A stretch of 64,000 nt of DNA from Acidimicrobiia bacterium (lineage in GTDB: Bacteria > Actinomycetota > Acidimicrobiia > Spongiisociales > SHLN01), in assembly GCA_041609995.1 (NCBI GenBank), contig JBFIPU010000002.1:3733-67732 (forward strand), in the 5' to 3' direction. This document shows, piece by piece, positions 1 to 9,915 of the stretch (its first letter is position 1; the number at the start of each line of letters is the position of its first letter). The notes beneath the pieces were generated by a model that saw only the letters and a program-made list of their open reading frames with translations, made no database searches and had not been told where the DNA came from. The translations under genes were made by a program, and so were the position numbers.

Positions 1-136
1 CGAGACATCGCAACAGCGTCGACTTGCCGGCTCCGTTCGGGCCGACCACCACCAGGGTCTCGTCGGCTATCTCGAATTCCACCTCGAGGGCAAATCCGTC
101 GCCCCGCTCGAGCCGGATGTCGGCACGGAAGGTCAT
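1..136 (-). CDS. modC: Molybdate ABC transporter ATP-binding protein, N-terminal fragment (runs off window start)
   Basis: Reverse-complement translation: MTFRADIRLERGDGFALEVEFEIADETLVVVGPNGAGKSTLLRCL with Walker A GPNGAGKST. ATGA overlap with modB stop at 133-136. Confidence 0.8.
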   Translation of the reverse strand, partial: MTFRADIRLERGDGFALEVEFEIADETLVVVGPNGAGKSTLLRCL

Positions 137-893
137 TGCGACATCCAGCCGAGCCTCGTCAATGCGGCAGCCACGGCCGCCAGCGCCACCGCCAGCAAGC
201 TGAGCGCCACGGCCTGATCGATCCCACGCTCGAGCCCCAAGAACACGGCCAGCGGCAGCGTCTGGGTGATCCCGGGGCGGTTGCCGGCAAACGTGATCGT
301 CGCTCCGAACTCGCCGATGGCCCTCGCCCACGTGAGGGCGGCTCCGGCCATGATGGGTACTTTGGCGAGCGGCAGAGCGATGCGCCGAAATCGCTCCCAG
401 GCCGAGAGACCCAACGTGGCGCCGAGGTCGAGAAAGTCGGGGTCGACCTGCCGAAACCCCGCCTCTGCGGCCAGTACGGCGAGTGGCGAGGACACGAACA
501 GGACGGCGATGATGGCTCCGGCCGTGGTGAACGACAGCGTGATCCCGAGAGAATCCAGCCAGGTGCCGAGCAGTCCCCGGCGCCCGAAAGCGGCGGTGAG
601 GGCCACCCCGCTGACAACCGGGGGTAGCACAATCGGTACCAGCAGCAGTCCCCGGACTCCCCGCACCCATCCGCCCTTTGCGCGGGCAAGCATCCAGGCC
701 AACGGCAGGCCGAAGAGGAGTGCGATCAGGGTGGCCGCCGTGCTCACCAGTAGCGAAAGAACAAGCGGCGTCCACCCGGTTTCCAACTGCCCGGTCAACG
801 AGGACCAGGGGGCGCGGGCGATGAGAGCGATGACCGGCAGCGCCAGAAACGCAAGGGTGGTACCCGCCAGCAGCCGGCTGACATGTCTCATCG
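133..893 (-). CDS. modB: Molybdate ABC transporter permease
   Basis: C-terminal 253 aa of the 469-aa track ORF from MRHVSRLLAG...; multi-TM, ABC type-1 permease (EAA-like region ALPLAKVPIMAGAALTWARAIGEFGATITFAGN). Upstream part of the track ORF is Arg-rich noise; start set at the ATG at 893. Confidence 0.85.
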
Positions 894-1589
894 GACCGGC
901 TGCAATCCGGAGAGGGCGAACGCTCTCTGGCCGTCGGGTCCGTAGAAGTAGTCGACAATGATCTCCCGATCGGGCACCTGAGGGGACAGCCCCAGCCAGT
1001 AACTCGTGTCGGCATCGAGCGGAATAGCGGTCACGCCCACCAGCCGGCCGTCCGACTCGTACGCGATCGCAGCGTCCGCCTCGCCGGTGGCGACCTTGGC
1101 GACCACCGCCCTTGCCGAAGTCTCCCAACTCAGCGGTTGAAGGCCCACCCCCCGGTCGGCGAGCAGCTCTGCGGTATAACGACCGAGCGGCACCTCTGGT
1201 GCCGCCAGCACCAATCGCTCGACCGAGGCGAGGGATGCGAGCGAATCCAAGCCGGCCGGGTTGCCGGCGGGAACGATCATCGCAAGTCGGTTGTAGGCGA
1301 CAGGCTGCGGTAGCACGGTGAAAGCGCCGGTCAATTCGAGCGGTCGGAGTGTGGCACGATCGGCTGCGATGAGCACGTCGACGGGGGCACCCGCCTCGAT
1401 GGCGGCCACCAGAGTCTGGGTCCCGGCGATGTTGGTCTCGACCTCGGCGCCCAACCGCAACTCCAGGTCGTGTGCGATCGTCGTGAGAGCGTCGGTCAGC
1501 GACGACGCACCGGCGACCACTGTCACGTCCCTGCTCGCGCAACCGGCCAAGAGGAACAGGGCGAGGGCCGTCGCAGCAAGACGGCTCAC
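888..1589 (-). CDS. modA: Molybdate-binding periplasmic lipoprotein
   Basis: ModA-like sequence (..VLIAADRATL..PVAYNRLAMIVPAGNPAGL..AIAYESD..). Lipoprotein signal VSRLAATALALFLLAGCAS from a GTG start at 1589. 4-nt overlaps with flanking genes. Confidence 0.85.
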   Translation of the reverse strand: MSRLAATALALFLLAGCASRDVTVVAGASSLTDALTTIAHDLELRLGAEVETNIAGTQTLVAAIEAGAPVDVLIAADRATLRPLELTGAFTVLPQPVAYNRLAMIVPAGNPAGLDSLASLASVERLVLAAPEVPLGRYTAELLADRGVGLQPLSWETSARAVVAKVATGEADAAIAYESDGRLVGVTAIPLDADTSYWLGLSPQVPDREIIVDYFYGPDGQRAFALSGLQPVR

Positions 1590-1975
1590 CCGCTTCCTTC
1601 CACGATGACGTTGGTCGCCTTCACGACGGCGGTCGCCCGCATCCCCGGCTCGAGCCCGAGTTCGCGCACCGCCTCCGCAGTATGCAGGCTCACCAGCCGG
1701 TGCGGGCCGGCCTGGATCTCGACCGTTGCACACACGTCGTCGATGTTGACGCCCGTCACGATCCCGGAAAACCGGTTGCGGGCCGAGAGGCGAGCCCTCC
1801 AGGGATCGTCGCGGCCGCGCAGGGCAACGATGAAAGATGCCAGGTCTGCGCCGTCCACCTCGCGGTGGCCGGCCTTCGTGCGGGTGGCAGGCAGGCGCCC
1901 GCTATCGACCCAACGGCGAACGGTGTCGGGGCTGATACCCAGGAATTCGGCTACCTCGCTCATGCGATATTTCAT
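1586..1975 (-). CDS. Molybdate-responsive transcriptional regulator (MerR/excisionase-type HTH + TOBE/Mop molybdate-binding domain)
   Basis: N-term MKYRMSEVAEFLGISPDTVRRWVDSGRLPA (HTH_17-like); C-term ..NRFSGIVTGVNIDDVCATVEIQAG..ATAVVKATNVIV (TOBE fold). First gene of the mod operon. Confidence 0.8.
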   Translation of the reverse strand: MKYRMSEVAEFLGISPDTVRRWVDSGRLPATRTKAGHREVDGADLASFIVALRGRDDPWRARLSARNRFSGIVTGVNIDDVCATVEIQAGPHRLVSLHTAEAVRELGLEPGMRATAVVKATNVIVEGSG

Positions 1976-1984
1976 GGTGATTAC

Positions 1985-2000
1985 CTTAGCAAACGCTAAG
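1985..2000. promoter_or_regulatory. Perfect palindrome CTTAGC-AAAC-GCTAAG in the divergent promoter region between the mod operon and yitT; candidate operator for the ModE-like regulator
   Basis: 6-bp inverted repeat with 4-bp spacer read directly at 1985-2000, 10 bp upstream of the regulator start codon (1975, minus). Confidence 0.35.
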
Positions 2001-2002
2001 AA

Positions 2003-2989
2003 ATGGCAGAGAAAACTCTCAGCGGAAAGCGGCGCCGCACCAGCCCTCGACGACGTATACTCCGGCGTTTCGCAGGAGCCGCCTTGACCAACAACCTGTT
2101 CCCAATCGACGAATGGCGTCCGAGTCGCGCCGTGATGCTCAAGCTGGTGGCCGACTACGGCCTCCTCACCGTCGGCGCCGTGGCGATGATCTACTCGTAT
2201 CGAACCTTCATGCTGCCCTTCGGCATCGCCGGCGGGGGAGTGGGAGGTCTGGGCCTGGTAGTCAACGAGTGGACGGGCTTTCCCCCCGGGTTGGCCATGC
2301 TGGTGGCGAACCTACCGGTCCTGTTCCTCGGGTATCGCAAGCTCGGGGGACCGCAGTTTCTGGTGCGCACGGCGTACGTGGTGGTCCTGTACAACCTGGG
2401 AGTCGATGTCATCGGTGACATCTTTCCTGACCGGATCTCCGATGACCTCTTGCTGATTGCGCTCTTCGGCGGTGTTCTTTCAGGTCTCGGGGGCGGGCTG
2501 GTCTACCGGGCGGGTGGAACCGCGGCCGGTACCGGCGTCATCAGCCGGGTGGTGCAGATCAGGACGGGGATCCCGGTGAGCCAGCTCTATCTGGTGATAG
2601 ACGGTTCGATTCTGACGCTTCAGGGCCTGACGTTCGGGTGGGAGAAAGCGCTCTACGGTGTGATCCTCCTCTTCGTCGCCGGCCTGGCGCTCGATTACGT
2701 GCTCGAAGGCCCCAGCGTTGTTCGCACGGTGACGGTCGTCACCGACCAGGCCGAGGAGCTGGCCGACTCCGTGTTCGCCACGATGAACGTCGGGGTGACC
2801 GGGTGGCGTGCGACGGGCATGTACACCGACGAGGAACGCGGTGTTCTCTTCTGCACCATCAGCCGCTCCGAGGCCCACCGGCTGGTCGACGCCGTGCGTG
2901 CGGTCGACCCCGATGCGTTCACCGTCATTGGCGTCGGCCATCAACGGCGCGGCGGATTGGTGCGCCCGGACGTGCCGGTCGACGTGTAA
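2003..2989 (+). CDS. YitT-family (DUF161/DUF2179) membrane protein
   Basis: Multi-TM N-terminal region with Gly-rich IAGGGVGGLG helix followed by C-terminal DUF2179-like soluble domain (..VVTVVTDQAEELADSVFATMNVGVTGWRATGMYT..). True start may be the internal Met at ~2135. Confidence 0.7.
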   Translation: MAEKTLSGKRRRTSPRRRILRRFAGAALTNNLFPIDEWRPSRAVMLKLVADYGLLTVGAVAMIYSYRTFMLPFGIAGGGVGGLGLVVNEWTGFPPGLAMLVANLPVLFLGYRKLGGPQFLVRTAYVVVLYNLGVDVIGDIFPDRISDDLLLIALFGGVLSGLGGGLVYRAGGTAAGTGVISRVVQIRTGIPVSQLYLVIDGSILTLQGLTFGWEKALYGVILLFVAGLALDYVLEGPSVVRTVTVVTDQAEELADSVFATMNVGVTGWRATGMYTDEERGVLFCTISRSEAHRLVDAVRAVDPDAFTVIGVGHQRRGGLVRPDVPVDV

Positions 2990-3001
2990 TAGCCTGGCCG
3001 G

Positions 3002-4600
3002 ATGGACGAACCATGGTGGAAGACGGGGGTCATCTACCAGATCTACCCGCGCAGCTTTCAGGACACGACCGGCAACGGCATCGGCGATCTCGCCGGCGTC
3101 ACCCGCCGGCTCGACTACGTCCGCGATCTGGACGTCGACGCCATCTGGCTCTCGCCGTTCTATCCGTCGCCCATGGCCGACTTCGGATACGACGTCGCCG
3201 ACTACACCGATGTCGACCCTCTGTTCGGGACGCTGGGAGACTTCGAGGAGCTGGTGTCCCAGGCCCACGGACGCGGGCTGAAGGTGATTGTCGACTACGT
3301 GGGCAATCACACCTCCGACCAACATCCCTGGTTCCAGGAGTCACGACGCGATCGCTCCAACCCGAAAGCCGACTGGTACGTGTGGGCCGATCCGGGGCCC
3401 GGCGGAGCTGTTCCCAACAACTGGCTCTCGATCTTCGGGGGGAGTGCGTGGCAGTGGGATGAGCCTCGGGGCCAGTTCTATCTGCACAGCTTTCTGAAGC
3501 AACAGCCGGATCTGAATTGGCGCAACCCCGGCGTCGAGCAGGCCATGATGGATGTGCTGCGGTTCTGGTTTGATCGGGGCGTGGACGGGGTCCGTATGGA
3601 CGTCATCCACATGATCCTGAAAGACCCAGATCTGCGGGACAATCCGCTCGGGGATCACTTGTCGGTCGAGACCTTCTATCCCGAATATGAAGCCCAGCAG
3701 CACATCCATGACAAGCTGCACCCAGACATCTACGACGTCTTTCGACGCATGCATGCATTGGCAGCTTCGTACGATGGCGACCGGGTCCTGATCGGCGAGG
3801 TTGAGCCGCTTCCATTCGATCAGTTCGTCAAGTTCTATGGCGGCGGCGCCGGCCTGCACCTGCCGTTCTCGTTTCACATGATCTACTCCGCCCGCGATTG
3901 GAAAGCGGTGGACGTCCGATCACTGGTCGACGAGTACGAGCGCTCGGTCGGCCCGTCGGATTGGCCGAACTATGTCCTGGGGAATCACGATGTGGATCGT
4001 CTCGCATCCCGGATTGGTCGCGACCAGGCCCGGATCGGGGCGTTGCTGCTGCTGACACTGCGGGGAACTCCCACCCTCTACTACGGGGACGAGCTGGCGA
4101 TGAGCAACTCCACCATTGCCGATCATCAGGTCCAGGATCCCCGCGCCCACGGGGTTTGGGGGACCGGACGGGACGGTTGCCGCAGTCCTATGCAGTGGGA
4201 TGCCGGGCCTCACGGGGGGTTCACGCACCACACCGCAGAGCCATGGCTGCCGCTGAACGAGGACAGCGCACTCTACAACGTGGCGGTCGAGTCGGAAGAT
4301 CCAGGCTCGATGCTGAACTTCTATCGACGGGTCCTCCGGTTTCGCCGCAGCCACCCCGTCATGCAGCTGGGCGCATACGAACCCCTCGACGTAGGCGAAA
4401 GTGTGTTCGCCTACACGCGCTCGCTCCCAGACGTCGAAGCCGTGATCGCCCTGAATTTCTCGGATGATCCCATCACGATCCGCCATCGTGCCCTGCTGGG
4501 AAAGGCGGCTGTCGTCGGGACGAGCACCCGGCCCAGCCCGGCGGTCGGCGACGCGCTGACGCTCGATGCCAATGAGGGGGTCATCCTCCTGGAGGGCTAG
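3002..4600 (+). CDS. GH13 alpha-glucosidase / oligo-1,6-glucosidase-type (alpha-amylase catalytic domain)
   Basis: MDEPWWKTGVIYQIYPRSFQD..GDLAGV..LDYVRDLDVDAIWLSPFYPSP..DFGYDV.DY..VDP.FGT...F..LV...H..G.KVI.D.V.NHTSDQHPWF: canonical GH13 subfamily signatures. Confidence 0.9.
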   Translation: MDEPWWKTGVIYQIYPRSFQDTTGNGIGDLAGVTRRLDYVRDLDVDAIWLSPFYPSPMADFGYDVADYTDVDPLFGTLGDFEELVSQAHGRGLKVIVDYVGNHTSDQHPWFQESRRDRSNPKADWYVWADPGPGGAVPNNWLSIFGGSAWQWDEPRGQFYLHSFLKQQPDLNWRNPGVEQAMMDVLRFWFDRGVDGVRMDVIHMILKDPDLRDNPLGDHLSVETFYPEYEAQQHIHDKLHPDIYDVFRRMHALAASYDGDRVLIGEVEPLPFDQFVKFYGGGAGLHLPFSFHMIYSARDWKAVDVRSLVDEYERSVGPSDWPNYVLGNHDVDRLASRIGRDQARIGALLLLTLRGTPTLYYGDELAMSNSTIADHQVQDPRAHGVWGTGRDGCRSPMQWDAGPHGGFTHHTAEPWLPLNEDSALYNVAVESEDPGSMLNFYRRVLRFRRSHPVMQLGAYEPLDVGESVFAYTRSLPDVEAVIALNFSDDPITIRHRALLGKAAVVGTSTRPSPAVGDALTLDANEGVILLEG

Positions 4601-5652
4601 ACCTCCTGGAACAGGTATGGACGGAGGACGTCGACGCGTTCTTCGAAGCCGTCCGGGTGCAGATACCACAGCATGGCGGTGACAGACGAGAGCAACGCGT
4701 TGCCATCCTGGGGGGTGAAGCAGAATCCGATGAGCTCGTTGCCGTTACGGACGGCCAAGGTTTCGATCGGGATCACCGTCTGGCTGAGGATGCGGCCGTA
4801 CCATCCATGATCGCGCCCGAAGGAGAAGATCTGGTTGGCCGATTTCTTGTACGTTGTCGCCATGCGGGTGTTGGCGGCGATCCGCTCCATCGCCTCGTCC
4901 ACACTCGTTTCGTGGTCAAGTTCGAGGCTGAACCAGAGGGAGTGCATGTATTGGGTGGGGACCTTCATGGCCGATGACCACAGGTTCAGATCGTGGCCCA
5001 GCGTGGCGAAGAGATCGTGGGCGTCGCGAGCATGGTGAGTGCCGAACCGCTCATCGGCGTGGCCACCCACAGTGGGGGCCGGAATGAAAGAGCCGTCCTG
5101 GCTGATGTCGTTGGCGCGCCGCATGCACAAGAATCTTCCGGAAATGAGGCGGCTCGTCCCGTCCCCGTCCAATGCCAGAGTCTTGATGAGCGAAGAGATG
5201 TTGTGGGTGTTGCACGAAACGATGTGGATGAACTTGTCCTCACCCTTTACCAGAGCTTGATCGTTGATGCCGCGGGCGTACATCTTGCCGAATCCATACT
5301 CAGAGCCCTGGGCCAGGAATCCCAGCGGACCGTCGATCGACTCGTAGAGGGCGTCCTTGTTCTTGTTTCCGACGGGCGTGCAGTCGATGACGACCGAGGA
5401 GCGGGCGACGGCGTCGAACGCGCTCCATTTTGGTGTCACTCCAATGGCCTCAAAGCCGCTCCACCGATCCTCGTCCACTGCCAGGCCGGCTCCGCGCCGG
5501 ATCAGGTCATCGATCTTCGAACGTTCTTCGACGAGCGGGGTGCGTTTGTGAAAGGTGACCTCATCGATGCCAAACGCTTCCCGGTTGTCGACGAGCAGAC
5601 CGATGAGTGGCTCGCCGATGGTCCCAGTCCCGACCACGTGGACGATGTTCAT
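4597..5652 (-). CDS. Type II (archaeal-type) glyceraldehyde-3-phosphate dehydrogenase-like NAD(P)-dependent dehydrogenase
   Basis: MNIVHVVGTGTIGEPL (Rossmann), VVIDCTPVG, IVSCNTHNISSLIKTL, cf. archaeal GAPDH IDCTPEG / VVSCNTTGL active-site Cys region. Start set at MNIV (5652). Confidence 0.5.
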   Translation of the reverse strand: MNIVHVVGTGTIGEPLIGLLVDNREAFGIDEVTFHKRTPLVEERSKIDDLIRRGAGLAVDEDRWSGFEAIGVTPKWSAFDAVARSSVVIDCTPVGNKNKDALYESIDGPLGFLAQGSEYGFGKMYARGINDQALVKGEDKFIHIVSCNTHNISSLIKTLALDGDGTSRLISGRFLCMRRANDISQDGSFIPAPTVGGHADERFGTHHARDAHDLFATLGHDLNLWSSAMKVPTQYMHSLWFSLELDHETSVDEAMERIAANTRMATTYKKSANQIFSFGRDHGWYGRILSQTVIPIETLAVRNGNELIGFCFTPQDGNALLSSVTAMLWYLHPDGFEERVDVLRPYLFQEV

Positions 5653-5659
5653 GTTCTCC

Positions 5660-6670
5660 CTACTCCTGCGTTGCGGCCGGACGGCCGGCCAAAAGCGCAC
5701 TGATTTTACGAAGTCGTCCGAGGTCGTGCCGGGCGCTCATCCGGCGAATCGCTCCGGTTTTTGACCGCATGACCATTGACTCCGTCAACACTTGGCTTCC
5801 TCGATACTGTACCCCCGACAACCACTCTCCGTCGGTTACGCCCGTGGCGGCGAAGTACACATTATCGGAGTTCACGAGGTCCGAGTGGGACAGAACCGAC
5901 GAGATGTCGCGACCCGTTTCGCGGGCGTAGGCCTCCTCTTCGGGCGAGCGGGGCCACAGCCGACACTGGATGTCTCCACCGAGACATTTGAGGGCGGCGG
6001 CCGACAACACGGCCTCGGGCGATCCGCCGATTCCGAACAGGATGTCGATGCCGGAGTTCTCGATGGACGTGGCGATCGCCCCCGCCACGTCACCGTCTTG
6101 GATGAGGCGAATCCGGGCGCCGGCCGCCCGCACATCGGCGATGAACTTCTCGTTACGCGGCCGCTGCAGGATGATGGCTGTCACGTCCTCGATGGACTTC
6201 TCGCGCGCTTTGGCCACCCGGGCCAGATTGTGGGCCACCGGCGCGTCCAGGTCGATCATGCCGGCCGCCTCCTGCCCCACAGCGATTTTGTCCATGTAAA
6301 CGAGACTGCCGGGCGAGTACATGGAACCTGCATCCGACAAGGCAATCACGGAAACGGCGCCTGGCATGCCGTTGGCGGTCAGCGTCGTTCCGTCGAGCGG
6401 ATCGACCGCCACATCGAGCTTGGGCCCCTTGCCGGTTCCGACCCGCTCGCCGTTGGCCAGCATCGGGGCACCGTCTTTTTCCCCTTCGCCGATGACGACC
6501 ATTCCGTCGATGTCTACATAGTCGAGAATCAACCGCATGCCATCGACCGCTGCCTGATCCGCCGCTTCTTTGTCACCGCGGCCCTGATATCGGGCGGCGA
6601 GGATCGCAGCTGTCTCTGTCACCCGGGCGAGGTCAAGCCCGAGGTTGCGCTCTGGTGCTTCCGCCATCAT
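5660..6670 (-). CDS. glpX: Fructose-1,6-bisphosphatase class II
   Basis: Full-length GlpX-like sequence (..DGMRLILDYVDIDGMVVIGEGEKDGAPML..VDPLDGTT..IDILFGIGGSPEAVLSAAALKCLGG..). Confidence 0.9.
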   Translation of the reverse strand: MMAEAPERNLGLDLARVTETAAILAARYQGRGDKEAADQAAVDGMRLILDYVDIDGMVVIGEGEKDGAPMLANGERVGTGKGPKLDVAVDPLDGTTLTANGMPGAVSVIALSDAGSMYSPGSLVYMDKIAVGQEAAGMIDLDAPVAHNLARVAKAREKSIEDVTAIILQRPRNEKFIADVRAAGARIRLIQDGDVAGAIATSIENSGIDILFGIGGSPEAVLSAAALKCLGGDIQCRLWPRSPEEEAYARETGRDISSVLSHSDLVNSDNVYFAATGVTDGEWLSGVQYRGSQVLTESMVMRSKTGAIRRMSARHDLGRLRKISALLAGRPAATQE

Positions 6671-6751
6671 CCTCCAGAATAGGAAGGGGAGAGGGACGGT
6701 GCTGGCCCATCTGGTCCAATTTGTCCTGGTCCCCCCGGTCCCATTGTTGTC

Positions 6752-8032
6752 CTAGAACTGTTCCTCTTCGGTGGAGCCGACCAGAGCCAGGGTGGAGGCG
6801 TTGCTCCCAGAGGCGATCACCTGGGCGACCTGATCGAAATAGCCCGCCCCGACTTCCCGCTGGTGGCGGGTTGCCGTATATCCATCCTCTTCCATGGTGA
6901 ACTCGTGCTCCTGCAGCTGGACGTAGGCGGGCATGCCTTCGGCCGCATACCCGCGGGCGAGCTCGAACATCCCGGCGTTGAGGGCATGGAAGCCGGCCAG
7001 CGTGATGAACTGATACTTGTAGCCCATGGCGCCCAACTCCTTCTGAAACACAGCAATCGTGGCGTCATCGAGATGCCGCTTCCAGTTGAAGGAGGGCGAG
7101 CAGTTATAGGCCATCATCTTTCCCGGGTGCTCGGCGCCGAGCCTCTCGGCGAACTCCCGAGCGATGTCGAGGTCGGGTGTGCTGGTCTCGCACCACACGA
7201 GGTCGGCGTACGGAGCGTAGGCCACGCCTCGGGCCACCGCCTGATCCATGCTGTTGTCGACCCGATGGAAGCCCTCGGCAGTCCGCTCTCCGGTCAGGAA
7301 GGGGCGATCGCGCTCATCGATGTCGGAGGTCAGCATGTCGGCTCCGAGAGAGTCGGTGCGGGCGACGATCACCAGATCGACTCCAAGGACGTCGGCCGCC
7401 AGCCGCGCCGCCACCAGGCTCCGGATGTGCTGCTGGGTGGGGATGAGGACTTTCCCACCCATGTGGCCGCATTTCTTCTCGGAGGCCAGCTGGTCCTCGA
7501 GGTGGATGCCGGCTGCGCCGGCTTCGACGTAGGCCTTGACCAGCTCGTATACATTGAGCGCGCCCCCGAACCCGGCCTCGGCGTCCGCCATGATCGGCAG
7601 CATCCAATCGCGTGAGACCTTGCCCTCCGACCATTCGATCTGATCGGCGCGCATCAAGGCGCTGTTGATGCGCTTGACGAGCTCGGGTCCGCTGTTGACG
7701 GGGTAGAGGCTCTGGTCGGGATAGACGTTGCCGCTGAGGTTGGCGTCGCCCGCCACCTGCCAACCGGACAAATAGATCGACTGCAGCCCTGCCTTGGCCA
7801 TCTGGACGGCCTGGCCGCCTGACATCGCGCCGAGAGATCGGACGAAGTCGCCGGAGGTGATCATCTTCCACAGCTTCTCCGCGCCGGTGCGGCTGATGAC
7901 ATGATCCCGGCGGATGGAACCCCGGAGCCTGACAACGTCCTCGGCGCTGTACGGCCGGGTGATACCGTTCCAACGTGGGTTGGTTTCCCAGTCCAGCTGG
8001 AGCGCTTCGATTTCCTGCTGCATGGTTGTCAT
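6752..8032 (-). CDS. aceA: Isocitrate lyase
   Basis: ICL signature [11 protein letters not shown], ..ARTDS..; 426 aa. Confidence 0.95.
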   Translation of the reverse strand: MTTMQQEIEALQLDWETNPRWNGITRPYSAEDVVRLRGSIRRDHVISRTGAEKLWKMITSGDFVRSLGAMSGGQAVQMAKAGLQSIYLSGWQVAGDANLSGNVYPDQSLYPVNSGPELVKRINSALMRADQIEWSEGKVSRDWMLPIMADAEAGFGGALNVYELVKAYVEAGAAGIHLEDQLASEKKCGHMGGKVLIPTQQHIRSLVAARLAADVLGVDLVIVARTDSLGADMLTSDIDERDRPFLTGERTAEGFHRVDNSMDQAVARGVAYAPYADLVWCETSTPDLDIAREFAERLGAEHPGKMMAYNCSPSFNWKRHLDDATIAVFQKELGAMGYKYQFITLAGFHALNAGMFELARGYAAEGMPAYVQLQEHEFTMEEDGYTATRHQREVGAGYFDQVAQVIASGSNASTLALVGSTEEEQF

Positions 8033-8050
8033 GTGTCTCCTTCTCGGGAT

Positions 8051-9640
8051 CTAGGTGCTGACGGCCTGGGGGAGCAGCTCTTGGGCAGGGATCGTGAGGA
8101 ACTCTTCGAAGTTCTCTGATAGGGCCACCTGCAGGAACACCGATGAGGCGCGGGCGACGCCCAGCTGTTCGTAGGCGTCATCACCCATCTCTTCCCGCCA
8201 TCGGGCGAGCTCCTCCGCTGTCAGCTCATGGACCAGTTCGGTCGTGACGGCCCGGCCGTCGTCGAGGCTGGCCCCGTGGCGGACCCACTGCCAGATCTGG
8301 GAGCGGCTGATTTCGGCGGTCGCCGCGTCCTCCATGAGGTTGAAGATGGCGGCGGCTCCGGTCCCGTTTATCCAGGAGGTGATGTAGCGAATACCGACCG
8401 AGATGTTCTTGCGAAGGCCCGCCTCGGTGATCGTTCCGGTGGGCACGGCGAGCAAGTCTGCCTGTGTGATCCAGCCGACCGGTCCCGGATTGGCGATCTG
8501 GTTCGGTGCGCCGCCGAGGACCCGGGCGAAAGCATCCATGGCGACGTCGATCAGGTCCGGGTGGGCAACCCAGGTGCCATCGTGACCCTTGTGGGCCTCC
8601 TTGTCCTTGTCAGCCTTGACCTTGGCCAGCGCCCGATCCGTGATGGTGGGGTTGGACCGATCCGGGATGAATGCCGCCATGCCCCCCATGGCGTGTGCTC
8701 CCCGGCGGTGGCAGGTGTGAACGAGGAGATCGGTGTACGCCTCCATGAACGGCACCGACATCGTCACCTGGTCCCGATCCGGCATCACGAACGCCGGATC
8801 ACTCCGGAGCTTCTTGATGACCGAAAAGATGTAGTCCCAGCGGCCGGCGTTGAGGCCGGCGGAGTGATTCCTCAGCTCGTAGAGGATCTCGTTCATCTCG
8901 AAAGCAGCCGGCAGTGTCTCGATGAGGACGGTTGCCTTGATTGTGCCCTGCGCGATGTCGAGGTGATCCTGGCTGAAGACAAACACGTCATTCCAGAGGC
9001 GAGCTTCGAGGTGTGACTCGAGCTTGGGAAGGTAGTAATACGGTCCGGTGCCGCGAGAGATCAGTTCTCGCCCATTGTGAAAGAGATACATCCCGAAATC
9101 GAACAGCGACGCACTCAGAGGCTCGCCGTCGATCGTGACGCTTCGCTCTTCTAGGTGCCATCCCCGCGGTCGGACCATCAGCACTGCCAGCTGCTCTCCG
9201 AGCTGGTAGATCTTGCCGTTCTGCTCGAGCTCGATCGATCGTCGCACGGCGTCCTTCAGGTTGATCTGGCCGCCGATCGTGTTGGCGTAGGTGGGAGAGT
9301 TGGAATCCTCGAAATCGGCCATGAACGCCTTGGCCCCACTGTTGAGAGCATTGATGATCATCTTGCGATCGACCGGGCCGGTGATCTCGACCGTGCGGTT
9401 CTCGAGGTCCGGCGGAATCGGGGCGATGGTCCAGTCGCTCGTCCGGATCGACTCGGTGGAAGGAAGGAAATCGGGTTTCACGCCCCGATCAAACGCCTCC
9501 TGGCGACCGCGGCGGGTATCGAGCAGCGCAAGGCGCCGGTGATCGAACCGTCGGTGGAGCTCCGCCACGAACGCAAGGGCGTCTTCTGTGAGGATTTCGG
9601 AGGCTCGTGGGTGGTCCGACGGGGTGTGATGGATGTTCAT
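8051..9640 (-). CDS. aceB: Malate synthase A
   Basis: 529 aa; malate synthase A-type sequence (..[63 protein letters not shown]..). Directly upstream of aceA on the same strand. Confidence 0.95.
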   Translation of the reverse strand: MNIHHTPSDHPRASEILTEDALAFVAELHRRFDHRRLALLDTRRGRQEAFDRGVKPDFLPSTESIRTSDWTIAPIPPDLENRTVEITGPVDRKMIINALNSGAKAFMADFEDSNSPTYANTIGGQINLKDAVRRSIELEQNGKIYQLGEQLAVLMVRPRGWHLEERSVTIDGEPLSASLFDFGMYLFHNGRELISRGTGPYYYLPKLESHLEARLWNDVFVFSQDHLDIAQGTIKATVLIETLPAAFEMNEILYELRNHSAGLNAGRWDYIFSVIKKLRSDPAFVMPDRDQVTMSVPFMEAYTDLLVHTCHRRGAHAMGGMAAFIPDRSNPTITDRALAKVKADKDKEAHKGHDGTWVAHPDLIDVAMDAFARVLGGAPNQIANPGPVGWITQADLLAVPTGTITEAGLRKNISVGIRYITSWINGTGAAAIFNLMEDAATAEISRSQIWQWVRHGASLDDGRAVTTELVHELTAEELARWREEMGDDAYEQLGVARASSVFLQVALSENFEEFLTIPAQELLPQAVST

Positions 9641-9915
9641 ACGCTCATAATTATTGATAGATTTTCGACCGCCGACAGATTCGCCCGGTAAGAATGAGTG
9701 ATATTATCAATAGGGCAAGATCTGCACAGTCGCGAGCGGGCGAGCAAACGAGCATCGGGCGCGACTCGCCAATGGCGGGCCCGACCGTGACGAGGCAGGT
9801 CAGAAACCACCGGAAGAAGCCGATCGAAAGCAAAAGACGACCGATCCCGGACATGAGATCACGGGGTTCGGGTGGCAGCCACCCGAACCATCGGACCCGG
9901 ATAGGAGACACAGCA

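Noticed and set aside
2480-3462. Multiple overlapping 270-280-aa ORFs on both strands across the yitT/GH13 junction
   Set aside because: Arg/His/Pro-rich translations with no motifs; the same DNA encodes well-supported YitT and GH13 proteins in other frames.
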